Shown in pieces: positions 20,517 to 30,094 of a stretch of DNA of 64,000 nucleotides. The position numbers and the translations under genes are program-made. The DNA comes from an uncultured Thermoleophilia bacterium (GTDB taxonomy: Bacteria; Actinomycetota; Thermoleophilia; UBA2241), in NCBI GenBank assembly GCA_963702475.1, contig CAVPCT010000004.1:192001-256000 (forward strand), read 5' to 3'. The first letter of the stretch is position 1; every line of letters begins with the position of its first letter. The notes under the pieces are model-generated. The model saw nothing but the letters and a program-made list of their open reading frames with translations, did not search any database and had not been told where the DNA came from.

Positions 20517-21428
20517 TCACAGCCCCGGCTCCGGCGACGGGGTCTGTTCTTCGCGCTCCCCGAACAACACGACGAGCACGCCGGCGCCGACGATGAGCGC
20601 GCCGCCGAGCACGGTCCAGCCGGTGATCGCCTGCCCCAGAAGCAGGAACGCGTAGATGGGCCCGGAGACCGGCTCGAGGTAGCCGAGAATGGAGCTGTGC
20701 TGCACCTTGATGCGGCCCATACCGGCCGTCCACATCATGTAGGCGACGGCAGTGCACAGGACGCCGAGGACGACGCCGGCCACGAGGTCGCGCGCGGTCA
20801 TCCCGTAGCCGGCGCCCACGGTCTGCACGAGCGCCAGCGGCAGCAGGATCACGGCGTCCAGAAGGATCTCGGCCATGACGATGGTGACGGCGGGCACGCG
20901 CGTGGTCAGGTCCTTGACGATGAGCTGGAAGGCGGCGTAGCCGAGACCGGCGCCCAGACCTGCGGCCACGCCGGCCGCGGACAGCTCGACGCCCTCGCCA
21001 AGCAGGGAAGGCGCCAGGATGGCGGCGAGCCCTGCGAGCGCCAGCAGCAGCGCCGGGTAGACGATGCGCTCCGTTCGCGAGCGGAACACGCGCGGCGCCA
21101 GCAGCGCTACCCACACTGGCGCCAGAAACAGGAGGAACATGCCGATGGCCACGCTCGCGTCGCGCATCGCCACGAAGAAGAGCAGCAGCATAGCCGAGTC
21201 GACCAGGCCCATCAGCAGCAGGCGGGGCCAGACCCCTCGGCGGAGGGCGCCGGCCAGCGGCCGGCGGCGGGCGAAGACGATGCCGAGCACCGCGCCGGCG
21301 GTCACGAAACGCACCACAAGGAGCGCGCTCTCGGGCGCCGTCGTCCAGGTCACGAGCACGCCGATGAACCCGAAGATGACGAACGACCCGGCGACGAGGA
21401 GGTAGCCCTGGGCGGCGCGCCGGCTCAG
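20517..21428 (-). CDS. EamA/DMT transporter (paralog 6), probable CTG start
   Basis: Two EamA halves, GYLEPV motif; CTG 21428 overlaps the upstream stop (CTGA), with GGAG 5 nt upstream. Confidence 0.85.
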   Translation of the reverse strand: MSRRAAQGYLLVAGSFVIFGFIGVLVTWTTAPESALLVVRFVTAGAVLGIVFARRRPLAGALRRGVWPRLLLMGLVDSAMLLLFFVAMRDASVAIGMFLLFLAPVWVALLAPRVFRSRTERIVYPALLLALAGLAAILAPSLLGEGVELSAAGVAAGLGAGLGYAAFQLIVKDLTTRVPAVTIVMAEILLDAVILLPLALVQTVGAGYGMTARDLVAGVVLGVLCTAVAYMMWTAGMGRIKVQHSSILGYLEPVSGPIYAFLLLGQAITGWTVLGGALIVGAGVLVVLFGEREEQTPSPEPGL

Positions 21429-22429
21429 AGTGGCTCCGGCTCCGCGGCCGCGGCGGTGGAGGCTTCGCCCTCGCCGCGGCCGAACAGCACCACAAGCAGT
21501 CCGGCCGCCAGGATGAGAGCGCCGCCTACCCATGTCCACAGGCCGGGGAGCTGCCCGAGGAGAAGCACCGCGTACAGGGGGCCGGCCACCGGCTCCACGT
21601 ACCCGAGGACGGTGACGTGTTCAACGCGCACCCGGCGCGTGCCCTCCACCCACAGCGTGTACGCCACGGCAGTGCACAGCACGCCCATCACGGCGACGGC
21701 CAGCCAGTCGCGGCCGGTGATCTGGTAGCCGGTGCTGGTCAGCTGCCAGATGGCCAGGGGCGCGACGATGACGGCATCGCCCGCCGCCTCGGCCGTCGAG
21801 ATGGTGGCCGAGGAGGCACGCCCGGTGAGGCCCTTCACGGAGAGCGTGTACGAGGCGTAGCCGAAGCCGGTGGCGAGGGCGGCAAGCAGGCCGATCCACG
21901 AGACCTTGACGCCCTCGCCGAGCAGGTCGGGGACGAGGATGACGGCCAGGCCGGCGAGGGCGAGGCCGAGCGCCGGCCACACGATCGGGTCGCGCGGAGT
22001 GTGGAAGACGCGCGGGGCGACCAGCGTGACCCACAGCGGCATGAGGAACAGGAGGAACATGGCGATGGCCACGCTGGTGCTGCGCACGGCGAAGAAGAAG
22101 AGCAACAGCGTGGCGGACGAGACGCACGCCATCGCGATGAGCCGCCAGGCGGCGCCCGGCCGGCGCCAGTCGGTGAGCATCGGGCGCCGCAGGAAGACCA
22201 CGCCGAGCGCCAGGGCGGCCAGCGCCATGCGCAGGCACAGCGCCACGCTCTCCGGAGCGTTGATCCACGCTACCAGCGGCGCCGAGCCGGCCATCAGCAG
22301 GTACGCGACCAGGACCTCGGCGTAGCCGAGCGGGTCGCGGCGCGGCTTCGCTGCGCCGGCCGGAGGCTCGCCGCTCGATCCCCGCCGAAGGGGAGGCGTG
22401 GAGCGGTGGTCCGCAGGCGCACCACTCAC
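21425..22429 (-). CDS. EamA/DMT transporter (paralog 5)
   Basis: About 10 TM segments, GYVEPV; GTGA overlap with the upstream gene. Confidence 0.9.
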   Translation of the reverse strand: MSGAPADHRSTPPLRRGSSGEPPAGAAKPRRDPLGYAEVLVAYLLMAGSAPLVAWINAPESVALCLRMALAALALGVVFLRRPMLTDWRRPGAAWRLIAMACVSSATLLLFFFAVRSTSVAIAMFLLFLMPLWVTLVAPRVFHTPRDPIVWPALGLALAGLAVILVPDLLGEGVKVSWIGLLAALATGFGYASYTLSVKGLTGRASSATISTAEAAGDAVIVAPLAIWQLTSTGYQITGRDWLAVAVMGVLCTAVAYTLWVEGTRRVRVEHVTVLGYVEPVAGPLYAVLLLGQLPGLWTWVGGALILAAGLLVVLFGRGEGEASTAAAAEPEPL

Positions 22430-23340
22430 ACCGGCGGCTCCGTCTCCACGTCCTGCTCACCGCGGACCACGACAAGCACGCCGGCGGTCAGCACGAGCGC
22501 CCCGCCGACCGCCGTGTACACGGAGACGGCCTGGCCGATCAGGACCCACGCGAACAGCGGCGCCGCCACCGGCGAGAGGAAGCCGAGCACCGCGCTGTGC
22601 TGCATGCGGATGTAGCGCACACCCTCCATCCACAGGCTGTAGGCCAGCGCGGTGCACACCAGGCCGAGGATCAGCGCCACCAGGAGGTCGCGCTGCGTGA
22701 GCGCGTAGCCCGTGGAGAGCGTCTGCCAGAGCGCCAGCGGCAGCAGGAACAGGCAGTCCATGGAGCACTCCGAGAGCACCATGGCGGCGCTGTCCATGCG
22801 CGTCGTCAGGCCCTTGACCAGCAAGGCGAAGCCGGCGTACGCCCAGCCCGACAGGAAACCCGCGACGAGGCCCAGCACCGACACATGAAGGCTCCCGCTC
22901 AGCGCCGGCGCCAGGATGATCGCCAGACCCACCAGGGCGATGGCGATGGAGACGTACACGACCCGCTCCGTGCGACTTCCGAGCAAGCCGGGCGCGAGGA
23001 TGGCGATCCACACGGGCTGGCTGAACAAGAAGACGGTGCCGATGGCCACGCCCACCTCGCGGACCGCGTAGAAGTAGAACAGCAGCGCGACGGCGTCGAA
23101 GAAGCCCATCAGGACCAGCCGCGGCCAGAGGTCCCGCTGCCGGAGGCAGCGCAGGCGCCGAGGCCGGCCGAGGACGATGAGGATGGCGGCCACGGCGATC
23201 GCGTAGCGCAGCACGAGCAGCAGGCTCGCGGGCGCCGTGGCCCAGGTGACGAGGGTGCCCGACAGGCCGATGATGATGTACGAGGCGGCCACCATGGCGT
23301 AGCCCGTGGCCGCCGAGCGCGAGCGTCCGGCCGCGCTCAT
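22426..23340 (-). CDS. EamA/DMT transporter (paralog 4)
   Basis: About 10 TM segments, GFLSPV; alternative GTG start at 23352. Confidence 0.9.
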   Translation of the reverse strand: MSAAGRSRSAATGYAMVAASYIIIGLSGTLVTWATAPASLLLVLRYAIAVAAILIVLGRPRRLRCLRQRDLWPRLVLMGFFDAVALLFYFYAVREVGVAIGTVFLFSQPVWIAILAPGLLGSRTERVVYVSIAIALVGLAIILAPALSGSLHVSVLGLVAGFLSGWAYAGFALLVKGLTTRMDSAAMVLSECSMDCLFLLPLALWQTLSTGYALTQRDLLVALILGLVCTALAYSLWMEGVRYIRMQHSAVLGFLSPVAAPLFAWVLIGQAVSVYTAVGGALVLTAGVLVVVRGEQDVETEPPV

Positions 23341-23400
23341 CTGACGCTCCACGTGCCCATAGGTGGCTTCCCCTTCGGCGCCCGGAGGCGCCGGCCCTGC

Positions 23401-23933
23401 TCAGATCGGCTCCGCCTCCGCCAGCTCGGCGACCGACGTCTCGCCTTCCGCGGCCCCGTACAGGATGACGAGCACACCCGCGGCGATGATGAGGGCTCCC
23501 CCGGCCACGGTCCAGTGGCCCGGCCGTTCCCCCACCAGGAGGTAAGCGTACACGGCGGCGCCGACCGGCTCCACGTACCCCGGGATCGTGACGTGCTCCA
23601 CGCGCACGCGCCGTGTCCCCTCCGCCCAGAGCGTGTGGGCGAAGGCGGTGCACACCAGACCCATCACGGCGATGGCGACGAGGTCGCGCGCAGTCAGGCG
23701 ATAGCCGGTATCGGCGAGCTGCCACGGGGCCAGCGGCAGGACGAACAGGGCGTCCAGCGGGACCGCGGCGATCGCCATGCGCAGGCTCAGCGTAGCGCCG
23801 GGGGGCGGGGCGCGTGCGTGAAGGCGACCAGCGGCGCCGTGGCGGCCATGAGCAGGTAGCCGGCGAGCACGATGGCATAGCCGGCGGGGTCGCTACGCAG
23901 CCCCGCCGCCGCCGGGCCGCCTCCCGGCCTCAT
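23401..23933 (-). pseudogene. EamA transporter with frameshift and large internal deletion (paralog 3)
   Basis: DPAGYAIVLAGYLLMAATAPLVAF, then a frame change at G6-C-G4 (23800-23810). LRMAIAA joins directly to VPLDALFVLPL, skipping roughly half of the protein relative to paralog 5. Confidence 0.8.
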
Positions 23934-24916
23934 CCGACCAGCTCCGGCTCGGGCGCGTAACGGCCGTACAGCACCACGACGATGCCGGCGGCCACGATGA
24001 GCGCGCCGCCCGCGACCGTCCATGCCGAGGGCACCTGACCGAGGAAGACGAGCGCGTACAGCGGCGCGCTCACGGGCTCGAGGTAGGCGATGATGGAGGC
24101 GTGCTGCACACGCACGTAGCGCAGGCCGTCCATGAAGAGGCTGAACGAGAACGCGGTGGTCACCAGCCCGAGGAGGGCGGCCACGAGCACATCCGGCAGG
24201 GTGTAGCTGTACTGCGCCGCAGTCACCGCGAGCAGCCCCGGCCCGAGCATGACCGCGGCGGTGAACGCGCTCTGCACGAAGACGACCGCCGTGCTGCGCA
24301 CGCGGCGCACGCGCAGCGACTTGGCGAGCAGCAGGTACGCGGCGTACATGACGCCGGCGCCCCACGCGCACAGCAGCCCCGCCGCCGAGAGCTTCGCCCC
24401 CTCCAGCAGCAGACCCGGCACGAGGATCAGCGCCATGCCGGCGAGGCCGGCGACCAGGGCGACGTACACGACGCGGTCTGTCGCCTCGCGCAGCACCCGT
24501 GGCGCGACGACGGCGACGTACAGCGGCGCCAGGTACGACAGGAAGATGGCGACGGCGACACCCGTCGAGCGGATGGCGATGAAGTACAGAATGAGGTTCG
24601 CGGCCAGACTGGCGCTGATGGCCACCACTCGGAGAGGCGCTCCGGGCCTGCGAAGGTCGCGCCAGCTGCCGGTCGCCGCGACCACGACGCCGAGCACCGC
24701 CGCCGCAAACGCCATACGGAGGCACAGCAGCATGGTGGCCGGCATGTCCGCGTAGACGACCATGACGCCGATGGAGCCGTTGGCCAGGGACGCGCACCCG
24801 ACCTCGAGATAGCCGCGGAGGCGCTCGGGTGGTCCGCCGGCCGGGTCCACGGCGGCGGCGGGCGCGTCTCCGCCGTCGCCGTCGCTCGGCCGGCCCGAAC
24901 CGGCAGAGCCCGTCAT
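23930..24916 (-). CDS. EamA/DMT transporter (paralog 2)
   Basis: About 10 TM segments, AYLEPV. Confidence 0.9.
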   Translation of the reverse strand: MTGSAGSGRPSDGDGGDAPAAAVDPAGGPPERLRGYLEVGCASLANGSIGVMVVYADMPATMLLCLRMAFAAAVLGVVVAATGSWRDLRRPGAPLRVVAISASLAANLILYFIAIRSTGVAVAIFLSYLAPLYVAVVAPRVLREATDRVVYVALVAGLAGMALILVPGLLLEGAKLSAAGLLCAWGAGVMYAAYLLLAKSLRVRRVRSTAVVFVQSAFTAAVMLGPGLLAVTAAQYSYTLPDVLVAALLGLVTTAFSFSLFMDGLRYVRVQHASIIAYLEPVSAPLYALVFLGQVPSAWTVAGGALIVAAGIVVVLYGRYAPEPELVG

Positions 24917-25280
24917 GTCAGCGCCTCCGACAGCGTGGCGCCGCGATGACCACCCACACGGGCGCGAGGTACTCGAGGGAGACGGCGATGGTCACGTTCG
25001 AGAGGCTGACTGCGAGGTAGTAGAACAGCACCTCGACGGCCACCACGAAGCCGACCAGCCAGAGCCGGCCCACCTTGCCGTTGCGCCTCACCTCGGCGGG
25101 CCCGCCGGTGAGGAAGAAGAAGACGGCGAGGACGGCTCCGGCCAGCCCCATGCGCGTGACCACGAGCAGGCTGGCCGGCATCGCCGACACCTGGATCAGT
25201 GTGGCGGCCGTCCCGAGGATCAGCGACGAGGCGCCGATCTCGGCGTAGCCGCGGAGGCGCTTGTCGCCGCAGCGGGCCAC
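24913..25280 (-). pseudogene. Truncated EamA transporter (paralog 1)
   Basis: Homologous to paralog 2 up to YLAPVWVVIAAPR, then stops at 24918. A residual tail LSEALT* in another frame overlaps the next ATG (ATGA), which implies an internal deletion. Confidence 0.75.
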
Positions 25281-25359
25281 TCAGGCCGGCCGCACGGCGC
25301 ACCGCCGATCGTGAGCGGGGGGTGCGCCCACGGTGCACCCCTGATCGCCCTGGGCGTGC

Positions 25360-27150
25360 TCAGACCTCCGCGAACCCCAGGCGGCTGGCGAACACATCGA
25401 GAAAGCGGCTGTCGGTGGCCAGGTCGAGGAACCCGGTCAGATCGCGGACCTTGGCCATGCGGCGCCGGGCTCCGACGTCGATGAGCGCCATCTGGGCGCC
25501 GACGCCGGCGGCGTTGCCGACGAACGCCACGCGACGCTTGGGCACCGGCGGGAACAGGCCCAGGAACTGCGAGGCCTCGAGGTCGAGGTAGTTGCCGAAC
25601 GCGCCGGCGATATAGACGTTCTCGAGCTCATCCAGGCTGACTCCGAGCGTGTCCATGAGCAGGTACCAGCCGCTGGCGATGGCGCCCTTGGCGAGCTGCA
25701 GGGCGCGCACGTCGTGCTGCGTGAACACGATGTCGCCGTTGGCGCCCTCGCAGATGAAGTACTCGAGGCCGCCCTCACTCTCGCGCACGTGGGGATGGTC
25801 CTTCTGCAGGCGGCCGGTCTTGTCGACGATGCCCGCCCTGACCACGCCGGCCAGCAGATCGACTACGCCGGAGCCGCAGATGCCCACCGGCGCCGTGCCT
25901 GCGATGGTCTGGATATCAACCGGCTCGCCCTCGGGGGTGATGCGTACGCGCTCGATCGCGCCGGCCACCGCCTTCATACCGTTGCGGATCTGGTAACCCT
26001 CGAACGCCGGCCCCGAGGCACAGCTGGTGACGGTGACGCGGCCGTCCTTGACCAGCGCGATCTCGGTGTTGGTGCCGATGTCGATGGCCATGGCGGGGCG
26101 CTTCTTGTGCGACAGCCGCGTGGCGGCGATGACGGCCAGAGCGTCCGAGCCGACGAAGCCGGCGATGGGCGGCGGGAAGTGCACGCCGCCGTTGGGGTTC
26201 ATGTCGATGCCCAGCTCGCTCGCGCGGTAGGTGAGCGGCTCGGCGGCGGCAGGGGCGAACGGGGCCTGGCCGAGGCCGACCGGCGAGAGCCCGAGGGCGA
26301 GGTGGTGCATGGCCGTGTTGCCGACCACGGTCATGTCGTAGACGTGGTCGGGCTCGATGTTCTGACGCTCGTAGAGCGCCTTGAGATTCTCGTTGATGCC
26401 GCCGCGGACCACGCGCCCCAGCTCGCCGGCGGCGTCGCAGGTCGCTCCGTGGTCGATGCGCGAGATCACATCCTCGCCGTAGCGCATCTGCGGGTTCTCG
26501 ATGGCCTCCTGGTCGATGAGCACACCGCGCTCTAGGTCGAACAGGTAGGCGATCACCTTGGAGGTGCCGATGTCCACGGCCACGCCGTAGCACGGCGGCA
26601 GGCCGTCGTCGCCCTTGTGCACGTCGACCACGCGCTTGCCGTACAGCGTCGCGTTGACCTTCCACTTGCCGTCCCGCAGGGTCTTGGGCAGGCAGTCCAG
26701 GACGTTGAGCGGGACCTCCACGCCGCCAAGAGCCTCGTCGAAACGCTCGAGGTCCGAGCGTGCGTCCTCCAGCGTGGCCGGCTCGAGCTCGACGTGCTTC
26801 GTGACCACCGCTGGATGCGGCTTGCCGTGCTGCAGCTTGGACGTGGTGAGGATGCGACGCTGCCCGGCGGTGCCGCGCACCTCGATGCTGACACGAGCGC
26901 CTAGTGGATAGGCCTGACACGCGAGGCGCCAGCCCTCGTCGCGCAGCTTCTCGGGGATGCGCTTGAGCTCGCGGCTCGTGTGCTCAGACAACTCGCCGGC
27001 GCCCAGGCGCACCAGGCACTTGCCGCAGGTGCCGCGTCCGGCGCAGTCGGTACCGATCTCCACTGACGCGGCGACGAGGGCGTTGAACAGGGTCTCTTCT
27101 TCGGGGACGTCGAGAGTCAGCCCGATAGGCTCGACGAAGACTCGGGTCAC
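25360..27150 (-). CDS. ASKHA-domain reductive activator of corrinoid proteins (RamA/RACo-like, N-terminal 2Fe-2S)
   Basis: CAGRGTCGKC...RLACQ ferredoxin; DIGTS, GEDVISRI, DIGTNTE, GPAFEG, GICGSG, LQLAKGA, IAGAFG, GNAAG; TAGAAT -10 at 27190-27195. Confidence 0.92.
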   Translation of the reverse strand: MTRVFVEPIGLTLDVPEEETLFNALVAASVEIGTDCAGRGTCGKCLVRLGAGELSEHTSRELKRIPEKLRDEGWRLACQAYPLGARVSIEVRGTAGQRRILTTSKLQHGKPHPAVVTKHVELEPATLEDARSDLERFDEALGGVEVPLNVLDCLPKTLRDGKWKVNATLYGKRVVDVHKGDDGLPPCYGVAVDIGTSKVIAYLFDLERGVLIDQEAIENPQMRYGEDVISRIDHGATCDAAGELGRVVRGGINENLKALYERQNIEPDHVYDMTVVGNTAMHHLALGLSPVGLGQAPFAPAAAEPLTYRASELGIDMNPNGGVHFPPPIAGFVGSDALAVIAATRLSHKKRPAMAIDIGTNTEIALVKDGRVTVTSCASGPAFEGYQIRNGMKAVAGAIERVRITPEGEPVDIQTIAGTAPVGICGSGVVDLLAGVVRAGIVDKTGRLQKDHPHVRESEGGLEYFICEGANGDIVFTQHDVRALQLAKGAIASGWYLLMDTLGVSLDELENVYIAGAFGNYLDLEASQFLGLFPPVPKRRVAFVGNAAGVGAQMALIDVGARRRMAKVRDLTGFLDLATDSRFLDVFASRLGFAEV

Positions 27151-27270
27151 TGTGGACTCCTAGGACGGGGTTCCGAGGGGATTCGGGGGATTCTACTACC
27201 CGTGCGGGAGTTTGCTCACGCCTCTCCCGCACGGTCGTTGACCTCCGTCAAGCTCTCAGGCTCCCGCGTC

Positions 27271-28566
27271 TCAGGCCTCGACCCCGCCGAACACGTCGGC
27301 CATGCGGTTCTTGCGGTCCACGACCTTCTGCATGCGCGCCGCCCACACGTCGCTGAGGACCGGTCCGTGGCCTGGGTCGAACATGCCGGCGACGCCGAGA
27401 CGCTGGTGGGCGCTCTCGCACTCGGGGCAGTGGCACTCGCCCTTGCCGTAGTCGTCCGGCTCATCGTAACGGCTGATGACGCCCTCGTAGTTGCGCAGGA
27501 TGACCTTGTCCGGCGCGTGCGTGATGACGTAGTTGGGAAACACCGGCGTCTTTCCGCCGCCGCCGATGGCGTCGATGATGAAGGTCGGCACCGCCATGCC
27601 GCTGGTGTGGCCGCGCAGGCTCTCGTAGATCTCGATGCCCTTCATCACGCTGGTGCGGAAGTGGGCCGTGCCCTCGGCGAGGTCGCACTGGTAGAAGTAG
27701 TACGGCTTCACGCGATACTGCAACAGCCTGTGCACCAGCTTCATCATCACGTGGGCGCAGTCGTTGACGCCGCGCAGAAGCACCGACTGGTTGCCGAGGT
27801 TGATGCCCGCGTCGGCGAGCAGGTCGCAGGCCGCCTTGCTCTCGGCCGTGAACTCGTTGGGGTGGTTGAAGTGCGTGTTGAAGTAGAGCGGGTGGTACTT
27901 CTTGAGCATCGCGCACAGCTCGGGGGTGATGCGCTGCGGGCACACGACCGGCATGCGCGAGCCGATGCGGATGATCTCCACGTGCGGGATGGCGCGCACG
28001 CGGCTGACGATGTCCTCGAGCTGTGCGTCCGAGAGGACCAGCGGATCACCGCCGCTGATGAGCACGTCGCGGACCTCCGGCGAGCGCTCGATGTAGGTGA
28101 TGGCGTTGTCGATGTCCTCGCGCGGGACCATCTTCTCGCTGCCGCCCACCAGACGCCTGCGCGTGCAGTGGCGGCAGTACATGCTGCACATGTCGGTGAC
28201 CACGAAGAGCACGCGGTCGGGGTAGCGGTGCGTGAGGTGCGGCGTGGGGGAGTCGAAGTCCTCGGCGATGGAATCGGGCATCTCTTCGGAGTGGACGAGG
28301 AGCTCGGCGGGCGTGGCCACGGCCTGGGCGCGCACGGGGTCGCGGGGATCGCCCGGGTCGATGAGCGACGCGTAGTAGGGCGTCACGCTGACGCGGAACC
28401 TGCCGAGGCAGAGCTCGAGGTCGGCGCGCTGCCCCTCGTCCAGGTCGAGCAGCTCGGTGAAGTCCTCGAGCGTGGTCAGGCGATTGCGGAACTGCCAGTG
28501 CCAGTCGCCCCAGTCGGCGTTGCTGACGTCGGCGAACATCGGTATGTCTCTGCGGTCGCGGATCAT
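27271..28566 (-). CDS. kamA: L-lysine 2,3-aminomutase (radical SAM)
   Basis: DWHWQ, THRYPDR, CSMYCRHCTRRR, ISGGDPL, NQSVLLRGVND, QCDL, DAIGGGGK (PLP Lys), RNYEG, Zn motif CHCPEC. Confidence 0.93.
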   Translation of the reverse strand: MIRDRRDIPMFADVSNADWGDWHWQFRNRLTTLEDFTELLDLDEGQRADLELCLGRFRVSVTPYYASLIDPGDPRDPVRAQAVATPAELLVHSEEMPDSIAEDFDSPTPHLTHRYPDRVLFVVTDMCSMYCRHCTRRRLVGGSEKMVPREDIDNAITYIERSPEVRDVLISGGDPLVLSDAQLEDIVSRVRAIPHVEIIRIGSRMPVVCPQRITPELCAMLKKYHPLYFNTHFNHPNEFTAESKAACDLLADAGINLGNQSVLLRGVNDCAHVMMKLVHRLLQYRVKPYYFYQCDLAEGTAHFRTSVMKGIEIYESLRGHTSGMAVPTFIIDAIGGGGKTPVFPNYVITHAPDKVILRNYEGVISRYDEPDDYGKGECHCPECESAHQRLGVAGMFDPGHGPVLSDVWAARMQKVVDRKNRMADVFGGVEA

Positions 28567-28626
28567 GGCGCCTCGTCTCCTTCTCGCGAGCGCCCCAGGT
28601 CGCCCGCGGTCATCGTGCACGCACAC

Positions 28627-28653
28627 TTCATGCAGTCATGCATCAAGATAGTA
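28627..28653 (-). promoter_or_regulatory. kamA -10 box with overlapping imperfect palindrome (candidate operator)
   Basis: TACTAT (28648-28653) followed by TTGATGCA-TGAC-TGCATGAA (7/8 symmetric). Confidence 0.45.
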
Positions 28654-30094
28654 CAGCCTCTGGGCCGGCGGGGGAGCCGGCGCTCTCGGCGACGATCCGG
28701 GCGAGCGCCTCGGCCGCTTCCGGCCACAGGGGCAGGACCCGGTGCTCCTCGACGAACTGCCGCGCGAGAGCCGTCGCCTTGTCGTAGGGCCCCTCGCGGC
28801 CGGAGGAGACCCAGGCGTCCCACATGCTGCGATCGAGCAGCCGGGGACGCCACACCTCCTTCATGTGCCGCCGCGTGTGACGCTGGCCGAGGTAGTTGCC
28901 GCCGATACCGACCTGGGCGATCACGTCGAGGGCGACGGACTCGTCGTCGACCGCGATGCCGGCGGCGATGGCCGCGTTCCAGGAGAAGACCTCGGCGTCC
29001 ATGACGAGCTGCTGCGCGCCGAAGGCCCCGCCGGCACCCAGCGTCCCGGCGCCGGCGACCACGTCGGCGCCGGCCGCGGCGACGGCGAGCGAGCCGAGCG
29101 CATCCTGCGTGCAGGCCTGCCAGTCGGGCTCGTGGCTGCCGGTGGCCATGCCGAAGGCCGCGACCGGCAGACCGACCAGGCGGGCCAACTGCACGCAGGC
29201 GACCTGGAAGAGCACGGCCTGCGGGCCGCAGGCAGGCAGGCCGGCCAGCGACGGCCGGGCGAGGTAGAAGAACGGCGCGCCGGGGGCCGCCGCCTGCACG
29301 GCGGCGCAGGCAGCGAGCACGCCGGCGTGGTGGCGCACGAGTGCCGCGGCGAGGTCCGGCGCCGTGCCGCCGGCGGCCGGCGCGACGCCGGGCGCGGGCG
29401 GCACGGCGGAGAGCGGTGGCGGCGCGGCGACCGCGCCCGGCTCTGCTCCCTCCGGCGGGCCGGCGCCGGCGTCCGCGGCGGACGGGGCCGACACGAAGCT
29501 TACGGGCAGCCCGGCGCGGGCAAAGACCTCGGCGGCGGGCCGGACCTCGGGGCCGCCGCTCAGACTCAGCGGAGGACGTCGGCGCAGCTCAGCCTCGGAG
29601 CCGGCGACGGCCTGGGCCATGCGCACGGCGCCCGCGGCCTCCGCTGCCGTGCGCAACGTCGTCAGCTGCACGTGCTTCGACGTGCCGGCGAGACACAGCG
29701 CGAGCTCACCGAGCGCCGTCTGGCCGGCAACGCGCACCGGCAGCCCGGCGACGATGGCGACCTCGGGCAGCGCATCGGCCAGCCTGACGAGACCGGCCAG
29801 ATCGGCGGCGGTGGCAGGCAGCGGGTCGCCGCCTGCCGGCGGCCGCACCCGCGGCGCAGGCCCGCCGGTGGCGAGCAGAGGGCTGCCACCTCCGAGACGC
29901 ACGTCGCGCTCTGGGGCGCGGCCGGCCAGGATGAACGTCTCCGGCGAGGCGGTCACTGCGGCTTGCGCCGCGCCCGCCGCCGCGCTCAGCGACTCGAGCG
30001 CGGCCGCGTGCACGCGCCGCACGTCAACCTCGCTCAGCACGCGCAGTTCCAGACGCGCCGAGGATGGCGCCGTCACAGCCGGCGTCTCACTCAT
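28643..30094 (-). CDS. Divergent MttB-family (non-Pyl) methyltransferase-like protein
   Basis: RVHAAALE, TSKHVQ, HEPDWQA, GIAVDDESVALDVI...GGNYLGQRHT; ATGA-coupled to the upstream paralog; Ala/Pro-rich eroded core. Confidence 0.8.
   Translation of the reverse strand: MSETPAVTAPSSARLELRVLSEVDVRRVHAAALESLSAAAGAAQAAVTASPETFILAGRAPERDVRLGGGSPLLATGGPAPRVRPPAGGDPLPATAADLAGLVRLADALPEVAIVAGLPVRVAGQTALGELALCLAGTSKHVQLTTLRTAAEAAGAVRMAQAVAGSEAELRRRPPLSLSGGPEVRPAAEVFARAGLPVSFVSAPSAADAGAGPPEGAEPGAVAAPPPLSAVPPAPGVAPAAGGTAPDLAAALVRHHAGVLAACAAVQAAAPGAPFFYLARPSLAGLPACGPQAVLFQVACVQLARLVGLPVAAFGMATGSHEPDWQACTQDALGSLAVAAAGADVVAGAGTLGAGGAFGAQQLVMDAEVFSWNAAIAAGIAVDDESVALDVIAQVGIGGNYLGQRHTRRHMKEVWRPRLLDRSMWDAWVSSGREGPYDKATALARQFVEEHRVLPLWPEAAEALARIVAESAGSPAGPEAVLS

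Noticed and set aside
28563-28640. Leader ORFs MHDCMKCAC... (kamA) and MHVTYG... (35250, SBP) ending in ATGA overlaps
   Set aside because: The ATGs lie only 4 nt after the -10 boxes, probably upstream of the TSS; better explained as operator sequence.
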